33,154 nucleotides of DNA, from positions 1 to 33,154 of IMG/VR virus record IMGVR_UViG_3300005805_000267. One strand, written 5' to 3'. How positions within the stretch are numbered: the stretch's first letter is position 1; each line of letters begins with the position of its first letter. Source of the stretch: a virus (lineage: Duplodnaviria > Caudoviricetes). The translations under genes and the position numbers were made by a program. A model generated the notes under the pieces. That model did no database searches and had not been told where the DNA came from. It saw only the letters and a program-made list of their open reading frames with translations. This document shows positions 1 to 6,915 of the stretch, in pieces.

Positions 1-51
1 CTCTCATACCATCGCATTCTTATTTATTTATTCATTCTTTAAAATCATCTT

Positions 52-228
52 ATGGATACAAAAAAACAGCGAGGCGGTAAAAGGCCCGGAGCAGGTCGCA
101 AACCGATTGCGGACCATAAAACGCAAATAAGCGTTTATATCGCACGATCTACCATCGAAAGGTATGGAGGTGTCACCGAAGTAAAGAAAGCAATTTACAA
201 CCTCTTAAAATGCGAAAATAATGAATGA
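52..228 (+). CDS. Small DNA-binding protein (RGGKRPGAGRK motif followed by an RHH-like segment), 58 aa
   Basis: Not in the ORF track; translated by hand as MDTKKQRGGKRPGAGRKPIADHKTQISVYIARSTIERYGGVTEVKKAIYNLLKCENNE*. The RGGxRxGAGRK motif is typical of small phage DNA-binding proteins. Confidence 0.7.
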   Translation: MDTKKQRGGKRPGAGRKPIADHKTQISVYIARSTIERYGGVTEVKKAIYNLLKCENNE

Positions 229-406
229 TGACAACATGCTGTACTACGATGAGGAGTTTAACATGTTATACTGCTACATCAAACGCGAAATAAAATGCCA
301 ATTCTGCGGCACAACCATCCGGACATCACTGGAGGATCCTGCCGATGTTATCGAAACCTGTAAAAATTGCAAGCAATATGAAGACCAAAATAATACACCT
401 GATTGA
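221..406 (+). CDS. Small zinc-ribbon hypothetical protein
   Basis: Two CxxC pairs (CQFC, CKNC); overlaps the upstream stop in a tightly packed run of genes. Confidence 0.6.
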   Translation: MNDDNMLYYDEEFNMLYCYIKREIKCQFCGTTIRTSLEDPADVIETCKNCKQYEDQNNTPD

Positions 407-563
407 CCTCGATGGAAAGGATCGGTTTTACTTCTGCATTGAAACCGATGGCGAAGTGGTTCAGCAGGAGATAAATCACCTCGAATATCACGAACTAAAA
501 CAAGCCGAGGACAGGCATTTCAAGGAATCAGTTAACCGCATAAAAACCAAATACGAGTTATGA
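378..563 (+). CDS. Hypothetical phage protein
   Basis: ORF 345..563; ATG at 378 (MKTKIIHL) is the more plausible start; ATGA overlap with the next gene. Confidence 0.55.
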   Translation: MKTKIIHLIDLDGKDRFYFCIETDGEVVQQEINHLEYHELKQAEDRHFKESVNRIKTKYEL

Positions 564-838
564 GCAATGAATATATTAAAAAGCATGTGATGGAGCTGAT
601 TAGTTTGGCCCTTGACATCCAGCTGCAAACCAATTTTCCGGTCCATACTTCATTGAATCCAACGGTAGGAGTATTGGAAATAGCCATCGGTCATGAGATG
701 GAACGCAGAGTGAACCTGTTCGATACATCCTTTGAGGATCGCCTTTACTTTTTCGATGACTACCAAAATGAGGAGTTTCTAACAAAATACCCAAAAGTCA
801 AAAAAAAGTTAGAATCATATTTGGCAGTTAACAATTAA
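560..838 (+). CDS. Hypothetical phage protein
   Basis: 92-aa ORF coupled to the upstream gene by an ATGA overlap. Confidence 0.65.
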   Translation: MSNEYIKKHVMELISLALDIQLQTNFPVHTSLNPTVGVLEIAIGHEMERRVNLFDTSFEDRLYFFDDYQNEEFLTKYPKVKKKLESYLAVNN

Positions 839-850
839 CAATTACTTTTG
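820..850 (+). promoter_or_regulatory. Bacteroidota primary-sigma promoter (-33 TTTG / -7 TAnnTTTG)
   Basis: TTTG at 820-823, a 19-nt spacer, then TACTTTTG at 843-850, upstream of the ATPase start at 892. Matches the Bacteroidota consensus TTTG-N19-21-TAnnTTTG. Confidence 0.75.
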
Positions 851-891
851 CACACGAACAACATTTTTTTTAACCTATAAACATTTATATC

Positions 892-1740
892 ATGAAATTA
901 ACTATTGCACAACGCCAGCAGGTGAGGCTTCGCCTTGGCATGTCCGGAGCATCAGGCTTCGGCAAAACGTATTCAGCCCTGATCCTTGCCCATGGCATGA
1001 CAGGTGACTGGTCAAAGATTGCGGTGATCGACACCGAGAACAATTCCGCATCATTGTATGCCAACCTTGGAAAATACAATGTGCTGTCTCTTACCGCTCC
1101 ATTTAGTCCGGAGCGTTACATTGAGGCCATCAAAATGTGCGAGGATGCCGGCATGGAAGTGATCATTGTTGATAGTATCACGCATGAATGGGAAGGAAAA
1201 GGTGGATGCCTTGAGATCGTTGAATCACTGGGTGGCAAATACCAGGACTGGGCCAAGGTCACACCAAGACACCAAGCATTTATTCAGGCAATACTTCAAA
1301 GCAAATGTCATGTGATAACCACAGTGCGCAGGAAACAGGACTATGACATGGTTAAAGGAGACAATGGCCGGTTAAGCGTTACTAAAGTAGGAACGAAGGA
1401 AGTTACCAGAGATGGATACGAATATGAGCTTACTATCAACTTTGAGTTTTTGAATGATAAGCACTTGGTGAAAGCCAGCAAGGATCGTACTTCACTATTT
1501 ATGGGCAAACCTGAATTTGTAATTACATCAGAGACAGGAAAGCATATATTGAACTGGTGCAATGCTGGAGTTGATACAAGTGAGGAGTTGATGACTGCAT
1601 TGGGTGAGATAGGTGATTGTACGTTATTGGAATGTCTGAGGGACATCTGGGAGAAATACCCACAATTCCACAGCAATGATGAATTTATAGCTATTGTCAA
1701 ACGCAAAAAAGAAATAATAATTGGGGAGGAAGTAAAATGA
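892..1740 (+). CDS. AAA-family ATPase, Sak4-like phage recombination protein
   Basis: Walker A GASGFGKT, IAVIDTE motif, Walker B IIVDS; adjacent to Gp157, with an SSB-like gene further downstream. Confidence 0.85.
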   Translation: MKLTIAQRQQVRLRLGMSGASGFGKTYSALILAHGMTGDWSKIAVIDTENNSASLYANLGKYNVLSLTAPFSPERYIEAIKMCEDAGMEVIIVDSITHEWEGKGGCLEIVESLGGKYQDWAKVTPRHQAFIQAILQSKCHVITTVRRKQDYDMVKGDNGRLSVTKVGTKEVTRDGYEYELTINFEFLNDKHLVKASKDRTSLFMGKPEFVITSETGKHILNWCNAGVDTSEELMTALGEIGDCTLLECLRDIWEKYPQFHSNDEFIAIVKRKKEIIIGEEVK

Positions 1741-2228
1741 GTATCACACTATATACCATAAAAACTGACTATCTGCGTATTGCAGAGGAGTTAATCGAGA
1801 ACGGGGGAGAACTTACCCCCGAACTTGAACAAGCTTTGACAATCAATCAGGATCAGTTACAGGAAAAAGCTACCAATTACGCATACATAATTATGGAAGC
1901 TGAATACGAGATTTATATGCTGGATAAAGAGATTGCCCGGTTACAAGCTATGAAAAAGAGCAGAGGCAATATGGTTGATAGATTGAAGTCAAATATCAGT
2001 GGAGCAATGGAGCTGTACGGAGTTGAAAAGATTGAGTCAGCAATGATGAAGCTATCATTCCGCAAATCTGAATCAGTTGAGATAATTGATGAAAAGCTTA
2101 TACCAGCAGAATATCTGGTACCACAGCCAGCGAAGATCAGCAAGTCAGCCATCAAGGAAGCCATAAAAAAAGGCGAGACGATACCTGGGGCGGCCATGGT
2201 CACAAACTTTAATCTCCAAGTGAAATGA
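1737..2228 (+). CDS. Siphovirus Gp157-family protein
   Basis: Coiled coil with EIARLQAMKK and the C-terminal pattern LSFRKSESVEIIDEKLIPAEY...ISKSAIKEAIKKGETIPGA. Confidence 0.85.
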   Translation: MSITLYTIKTDYLRIAEELIENGGELTPELEQALTINQDQLQEKATNYAYIIMEAEYEIYMLDKEIARLQAMKKSRGNMVDRLKSNISGAMELYGVEKIESAMMKLSFRKSESVEIIDEKLIPAEYLVPQPAKISKSAIKEAIKKGETIPGAAMVTNFNLQVK

Positions 2229-2842
2229 GCGTAAAAGTTTTACAAACTAAAATAGGAACAGTGCCGGATGGTATATTCGGCCCTGCTACCTTCTACAAGG
2301 CAATGGAATATTTTGACTTCACACCATTGCGAGCGGCTCATTTCTTTGGCCAGTGCGATCATGAGACAGGTGGATTTAAATGGTTTACTGAAAATTTTAA
2401 TTACCCAGCCAGCCGATTGCTGAAAGTATTCAAAAAATACTTTGATGAAAATCAAGCCATGCAATATGCATTTGATCCTGAACGCATTGCTAATCGTGTC
2501 TATGCCAACCGTATGGGCAATGGTGATGAGGCAAGTGGTGATGGATGGAAGTATCGTGGCAGGGGTGCAATCCAGCTTACAGGCAAGGAAAATTACAGGA
2601 ACTTTGCCGAATGGATTGAGAAGCCGACACTATTGTTAAAGCCTGAACTGGTCGCTACCGATTACGCATTTGAGTCTGCACTTTACTTTTTTAATAGTAA
2701 AAAATTATGGGTAATTTGCGACACCGGAGTTGATGAGTTGACCATTAAGAAAGTTACTAGGGCGATCAATGGAGGCACTAATGGCTTTGGTGATCGCATT
2801 GAAAAAACACTAAAATACTACCGTTATGTCCAAACCATTTGA
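2225..2842 (+). CDS. GH19 family lysozyme/chitinase-like endolysin with short N-terminal peptidoglycan-binding motif
   Basis: AHFFGQCDHETGGF, YRGRGAIQLTGKENY and TRAINGGTNG motifs; N-terminal LQTKIGTVPDGIFGPAT. Confidence 0.9.
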   Translation: MSVKVLQTKIGTVPDGIFGPATFYKAMEYFDFTPLRAAHFFGQCDHETGGFKWFTENFNYPASRLLKVFKKYFDENQAMQYAFDPERIANRVYANRMGNGDEASGDGWKYRGRGAIQLTGKENYRNFAEWIEKPTLLLKPELVATDYAFESALYFFNSKKLWVICDTGVDELTIKKVTRAINGGTNGFGDRIEKTLKYYRYVQTI

Positions 2843-3065
2843 TGCACTGACCAATGAAGACAACGAAAATTTCTACAAGCACCTCATCCACATCTGGGAG
2901 ATTACCCCAAAGGAAGTCCAAGACCGCTTCCGCAGGGAGCAGAACTGCCTCCTCTGCCACGAGTGCAAAGGCTACATCAGCAGCGTCCAAAAAGCCATCC
3001 GGGAAGCCAAGGCGGCCAAGTACCAGGTCACGGTGGACACAGGAGGAAATCAGGATATTGCATGA
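2826..3065 (+). CDS. Hypothetical Cys-containing protein
   Basis: 79 aa with CLLCHEC; codons in this frame are strongly C/G-ending, suggesting it is the real frame. Confidence 0.55.
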   Translation: MSKPFDALTNEDNENFYKHLIHIWEITPKEVQDRFRREQNCLLCHECKGYISSVQKAIREAKAAKYQVTVDTGGNQDIA

Positions 3066-3066
3066 G

Positions 3067-3678
3067 ATGTATCCGACACACCTCGCTAAAGAGGTCGCAG
3101 CAAGGCTAAACAGGTCAGTCGGCTCGATCTATGCAATGGTGGAAATATGCGGATTGAAAAAAAGCAGTGACTGGGTTGACAATCCCAAAAATAAACGATT
3201 TAAAAAAGGTCACACTGGAGGATGGAAGACATGGTTTGCCGATGGTAAGCCAGCCCATAACAAGGGTAAAAAATGGAGCGATTATGCCAGCAAGGAGTCA
3301 CAGGAAAAGATGCGTAAAACAACATTTGCCAAAGGCAGCACTCCGGTCAATGCCTCGTATGATGGAGCGATCAGGCAACGCTATCACTCCAAAGACAAAA
3401 GGACCTATTTGTATATCCGCATTGCTCCGATGAAGTGGGAACTGCTGCACAGGTATAACTGGATTCAGGCGAATGGACCAATACCAGCAGGGAATCGGCT
3501 GACATTTGTAGATGGTAATACCTTAAACTGCGACCTCAGCAACCTTCGCATGATCAGCACAGCCGACAACATGAAACGCAATAGCATTCATGAACGCTAC
3601 CCCGAGGAAATTAAACAAACAATTATAAAACTTGGACACTTAAAACGTATTATCAATGGCAAAAAACAAGATCAATGA
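3067..3678 (+). CDS. HNH endonuclease-family protein (start uncertain; frame open from 2854)
   Basis: FKKG/HNKG NUMOD-like repeats and an HNH-like segment LLHRYNW...GPIP...FVDGNTLNCDLSNL. Confidence 0.8.
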   Translation: MYPTHLAKEVAARLNRSVGSIYAMVEICGLKKSSDWVDNPKNKRFKKGHTGGWKTWFADGKPAHNKGKKWSDYASKESQEKMRKTTFAKGSTPVNASYDGAIRQRYHSKDKRTYLYIRIAPMKWELLHRYNWIQANGPIPAGNRLTFVDGNTLNCDLSNLRMISTADNMKRNSIHERYPEEIKQTIIKLGHLKRIINGKKQDQ

Positions 3679-3886
3679 TTTGAGAGATCACCTCTTTGAA
3701 GCAATCGAAATGCTCAAGGATGAGGAAAGCAACATGACAGTGGAGAAGGCTGAGGCAATCGCCCAGCTGAGTCAGACCATCATCAATTCCGCAAAGCTTG
3801 AAATCGATTACATGAAGGTCGCAGACAAGGTTACCGGCATCACTCAACCATCCGAATTTCTAAACCCTAAACAATTAAACAAATAA
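3656..3886 (+). CDS. Conserved phage hypothetical protein, a type often found next to this HNH family
   Basis: KNKINDLRDHLF...KAEAIAQLSQTIINSAKLE pattern. Confidence 0.7.
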   Translation: MAKNKINDLRDHLFEAIEMLKDEESNMTVEKAEAIAQLSQTIINSAKLEIDYMKVADKVTGITQPSEFLNPKQLNK

Positions 3887-3890
3887 ACCT

Positions 3891-4118
3891 ATGGAACAAA
3901 AAATGAACAGTGGAGCGATCTTTAAAAACGACAAAAAGACCTCCGAAAAGGCACCTGACTACAAGGGTAAAATTGATGTTAACGGTCAAGAGTTTGCACT
4001 GGCTTTATGGGTCAGGGAAAGCAAGACCGGCACGAAGTATTTTAGCGTGAAGGTAGAGGAGCCATACAGCAAGCCTCCCCAGGACACACCTGAAACCACT
4101 AACGACCTCCCATTTTAA
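3891..4118 (+). CDS. Small single-stranded DNA-binding-like protein (DUF736-like)
   Basis: GAIFKN...APDYKGKIDVNG...ALW...GTKYFS core and an acidic SSB-type tail ending DLPF. Confidence 0.7.
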   Translation: MEQKMNSGAIFKNDKKTSEKAPDYKGKIDVNGQEFALALWVRESKTGTKYFSVKVEEPYSKPPQDTPETTNDLPF

Positions 4119-4123
4119 TCACT

Positions 4124-4158
4124 CAATGCCACTCCATCGAACTGGTGGGGTGGCATTG
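4124..4158 (+). terminator. 15-bp RNA hairpin downstream of the SSB-like gene (terminator-like, weak U tract)
   Basis: CAATGCCACTCCATC-GAACT-GGTGGGGTGGCATTG pairs fully on the + strand using two G:U pairs. Confidence 0.5.
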
Positions 4159-4162
4159 CCTA

Positions 4163-4291
4163 TAACGTTTTGGGGCTTGGCGAAGGCGGGGAGTTTAACC
4201 ACAAAAGTTTAATAGAATGACAGAAGATAATTTACATACAAAAGTTGATTTGGAAAACGGAAGCCCCGCTTTTGCCAAACCCGTGTTAGGT
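4163..4291 (-). repeat. attC-like imperfect hairpin
   Basis: Arms GGGCTTGGCGAAGGCGGGG (4173-4191) and CCCCGCTTTTGCCAAACCC (4264-4282), then an unpaired spacer, then TAAC (4163-4166) pairing with GTTA (4285-4288). On the bottom strand it opens with ACCTAAC, which fits RYYYAAC. Confidence 0.7.
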
Positions 4292-4958
4292 GCAGTGCCT
4301 TTCACGATTGTTCATTTGGAAGATTGCACTAAGGCATTAAAACGCTTTGACGATAATTACTTTGATGTGGCAATTGTTGACCCGCCTTACGGAATAGGTA
4401 GAAGCGGGCAAACGGAAACATTCACAAAGAACCCAAAACATAAACGCAAGCACTTTGCTGATAAAGGATGGGATACCGAAACGCCCGCTTCGGAATATTG
4501 GAACGAACTGTTTAGGGTATCTAAAAATCAAATTGTGTGGGGTGCAAATTACTTTACTGAATACTTGCCCGCTTCAATGGGCTGGATATTTTGGGACAAA
4601 GGGCAAGATTTATCAATGAGTGATGGCGAACTGGCTTACACTTCGTTTAATCGGGCTTTAAGGCGTGTAAAGATTAATAGAGGGCAATTGATGGTAGAAG
4701 GCGGAACAATACATCCAACGCAAAAGCCGATTAAACTTTACGATTGGATTATTCAAAACTATTGTGCGGATGCAAATTTGATTTTAGATACCCATGTAGG
4801 AAGCGGAAGTTCAAGAATAGCAGCAGCAAAGGCGGGTAAACAATTTATAGGATTTGAAATAGACCCTGAATATTATGAGAAACAAGAAAAGCGTTTTAAT
4901 GACTGGAATAGTCAACTGCGAATGTTCTAACGGAGACGTTCACGGCATTGCACCTAAC
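4167..4958 (-). mobile_element. Putative integron-type gene cassette carrying the DNA methyltransferase
   Basis: GTTAGGTGCAGTGCC (4285-4299) and GGCATTGCACCTAAC (4944-4958) are 14/15 inverted repeats; attC-like hairpin at one end; AAC at both borders; no GATC or CCGG seen inside although both are common elsewhere. Confidence 0.6.
4217..4930 (+). CDS. DNA N6-adenine/N4-cytosine methyltransferase (beta-class order), orphan
   Basis: Catalytic DPPY near the N-terminus, HPTQKP, SAM-binding ILDTHVGSGSS and GFEID near the C-terminus. Confidence 0.93.
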   Translation: MTEDNLHTKVDLENGSPAFAKPVLGAVPFTIVHLEDCTKALKRFDDNYFDVAIVDPPYGIGRSGQTETFTKNPKHKRKHFADKGWDTETPASEYWNELFRVSKNQIVWGANYFTEYLPASMGWIFWDKGQDLSMSDGELAYTSFNRALRRVKINRGQLMVEGGTIHPTQKPIKLYDWIIQNYCADANLILDTHVGSGSSRIAAAKAGKQFIGFEIDPEYYEKQEKRFNDWNSQLRMF

Positions 4959-5007
4959 TTGCGAATACACGCTATAACAATTCACTAAAACAACTAAAAC
5001 AAAGACA

Positions 5008-5271
5008 ATGAGCAAAAAGCAGACAAGCATCGAATGGCTAATAAAAGAAATGGGAAAGATGCAGTATTTTATTGGCAATGATTTATTGCAAGCATTTGAC
5101 CAAGCCAAAGCCATGCACAAGGAGGAGATCATCGAATCATATTGCACAGGATCCCTGCACATGGCAGAGGATGAGACCATCTTTCCACGTGAAACAAGCG
5201 AAAGGTATTACGATGCCACCTATGGCGATCCACCTCCACCCAAACCACATATCCCATTTATTTACCGATAA
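5008..5271 (+). CDS. Hypothetical phage protein
   Basis: KQTSIEWL...AKAMHKEEII pattern common in Bacteroidota phage small proteins; A-rich leader. Confidence 0.7.
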   Translation: MSKKQTSIEWLIKEMGKMQYFIGNDLLQAFDQAKAMHKEEIIESYCTGSLHMAEDETIFPRETSERYYDATYGDPPPPKPHIPFIYR

Positions 5272-5312
5272 AAGTCCTTGCATAAACCATTTATTTGCCA
5301 CATTTTTACAAC

Positions 5313-5582
5313 ATGGCCAGCAAGATAATAACATGCAATGTGATGGGTTATGACACGGACCATGAAGCCCTGGGATTGAACATGCCGGACATGTGGATAC
5401 TGTTCAGCTTTCCATTGCATCGGTTGGTTTATGTGAGGCCGAACTACACACAGGATTGGGAGATAATTGATGAGACATCCATTATCATGCTGGAAGGAGA
5501 CAAAAACGAGCAAGTCACGGACATTCCGTATTTAGAATTAATGAAAACATGGACAGCGTATGAGAGCAGCCGATATAATTGA
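5313..5582 (+). CDS. Hypothetical phage protein
   Basis: ORF 5295..5582; ATG at 5313 is the likely start. Confidence 0.55.
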   Translation: MASKIITCNVMGYDTDHEALGLNMPDMWILFSFPLHRLVYVRPNYTQDWEIIDETSIIMLEGDKNEQVTDIPYLELMKTWTAYESSRYN

Positions 5583-5937
5583 CACCGTATCCAAATACAT
5601 GGAATTGAATGTGGAGGATGTCCTTCACAAAAAAAGCCGCAAGGCAGACCTGGTAATGGCCAGGCATCTGATCATCTACTTTTGCCGCAAGTATGTCATG
5701 GGCAGGTATGGATGGAATCCGATGGAATACACCCACATTGCAAGACTTTTCAAGATTGATGGCAAGACATTGAATCATGCCACAGTAATGCACGCAGAGA
5801 AAAAGATACAGGGATATGTCACCTACAATGCCGAAATCCGCAGCGTAGTGGCTGGCTTTGACACTCTATTTCAATCATACGTTGAGCCGGAAGTCTGTAC
5901 CCTGTGCGGTCAGTATAAGCAGAAGCACGCTATCTAA
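5560..5937 (+). CDS. DnaA C-terminal (domain IV) HTH-like protein with C-terminal CxxC
   Basis: KSRKADLVMARHLIIYF...IARLF...NHATVMHAEKKI mirrors DnaA domain IV (R...RQIAMYL...IG...RDHTTVLHA). Confidence 0.8.
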   Translation: MRAADIIDTVSKYMELNVEDVLHKKSRKADLVMARHLIIYFCRKYVMGRYGWNPMEYTHIARLFKIDGKTLNHATVMHAEKKIQGYVTYNAEIRSVVAGFDTLFQSYVEPEVCTLCGQYKQKHAI

Positions 5938-6514
5938 AGTCATCCGATGTCAGCAGAGTATAGGTAAAATTATTACCATACCTTAATGCTGATCTGCGAG
6001 CAATGTCCAATGTATATTTCAAGTGCTGGGCATACCTGAACACCTGGCATCCGGCAGAATGAGGACCTACATTAACAGCATCATGCCCATGGTGCAGGTT
6101 GATTCCGAAGTTACCGATCTGAACACTGTCCGGGATATAGTCCAGTTCGTTGTCCATGTCACGATCACGGAACACTTTACAAGGTGCGTTTTGAATAAAC
6201 GCATCATACTTACCCCTATGTTTTCCAAATGTCCACATCCTCCTGTATTGACCAGGTGCAAGGATTGCACACCCTTTAGGTGTAAGAAGTTTTTGCTGTA
6301 GGTAGTAGGTGCCTGGATCGGTTGTAAATGACTGACTCAGCCATGTCTTTTCAACCGTTCCTTCCTGATAGCACAGGGCAAACATATCATCCCAATGGTT
6401 TAGCTTGCCACCCATTGTCCTGATGCCTACGAAATTAAGGTTTATTTCCCCAGTAAAAAAGGAATACCCTTTAGCCTCAATGGCCTCCCTGATCTTTTGG
6501 TAGTTCAGTTTCAT
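5930..6514 (-). CDS. Putative cell-wall peptidase/endolysin (YkuD/L,D-transpeptidase-like motif)
   Basis: GINLHH...HSAGCQV His/Ser-x-Gly-Cys motif, plus LNFVGIR, TTDPG and GQY motifs; last gene of the late block, beside a holin-like gene; ATG at 6514. Confidence 0.65.
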   Translation of the reverse strand: MKLNYQKIREAIEAKGYSFFTGEINLNFVGIRTMGGKLNHWDDMFALCYQEGTVEKTWLSQSFTTDPGTYYLQQKLLTPKGCAILAPGQYRRMWTFGKHRGKYDAFIQNAPCKVFRDRDMDNELDYIPDSVQIGNFGINLHHGHDAVNVGPHSAGCQVFRYAQHLKYTLDIARRSALRYGNNFTYTLLTSDDFR

Positions 6515-6719
6515 GGCCAAAAAATTTAGTCACTACCTTACCGATTGCTCCGATTGTCACCATGTATCCGGCAACCGTTACAAGTGTTGCAGGTAGTGTT
6601 ATAGGAGCGGCAACAATCACACCACCGACAGCACCGGCAAGCAGTAAGATGTCTCCGATCTTTTGAGCCAGTGGTGGGGTGTTTCCCTTTCCGTAGTTTT
6701 TAGGATGAAATTTAGCCAT
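6477..6719 (-). CDS. Small two-TM membrane protein, putative holin
   Basis: Two hydrophobic segments (ILLLAGAVGGVIVAA; TLVTVAGYMVTIGAIG) directly upstream of the putative lysin. Confidence 0.6.
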   Translation of the reverse strand: MAKFHPKNYGKGNTPPLAQKIGDILLLAGAVGGVIVAAPITLPATLVTVAGYMVTIGAIGKVVTKFFGHETELPKDQGGH

Positions 6720-6915
6720 TGTTAAGTGTATTTATGATGTCATCGGCAGTTGCCATTGCAGTGCCGTTTATTGTTGTGTTGCCTCCCATTAATGCGATGA
6801 CCTGACCACCCATAAAAACATGAACGCAAAGGTCATCAATCTTTTCGGTTTGTTCAAAAGCATAATCGAATCCACGATAGTGTATTGATCCGTTTGCAAA
6901 TGTCACTTCATCCAT
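6712..6915 (-). CDS. Hypothetical protein (possible fibre-associated protein)
   Basis: 67 aa; TAATG coupling to the fibre gene. Confidence 0.55.
   Translation of the reverse strand: MDEVTFANGSIHYRGFDYAFEQTEKIDDLCVHVFMGGQVIALMGGNTTINGTAMATADDIINTLNNG

Noticed and set aside
4217-4930. Complete restriction-modification system
   Set aside because: No adjacent restriction endonuclease. The HNH gene is outside the cassette and belongs to a common stand-alone phage family.
4285-4958. Inverted repeats around the MTase read as the ends of an IS or MITE
   Set aside because: There is no transposase and no target duplication directly flanking the repeats, and the ORF crosses the left repeat. The GTTRRRY/RYYYAAC ends plus hairpin fit a cassette better.
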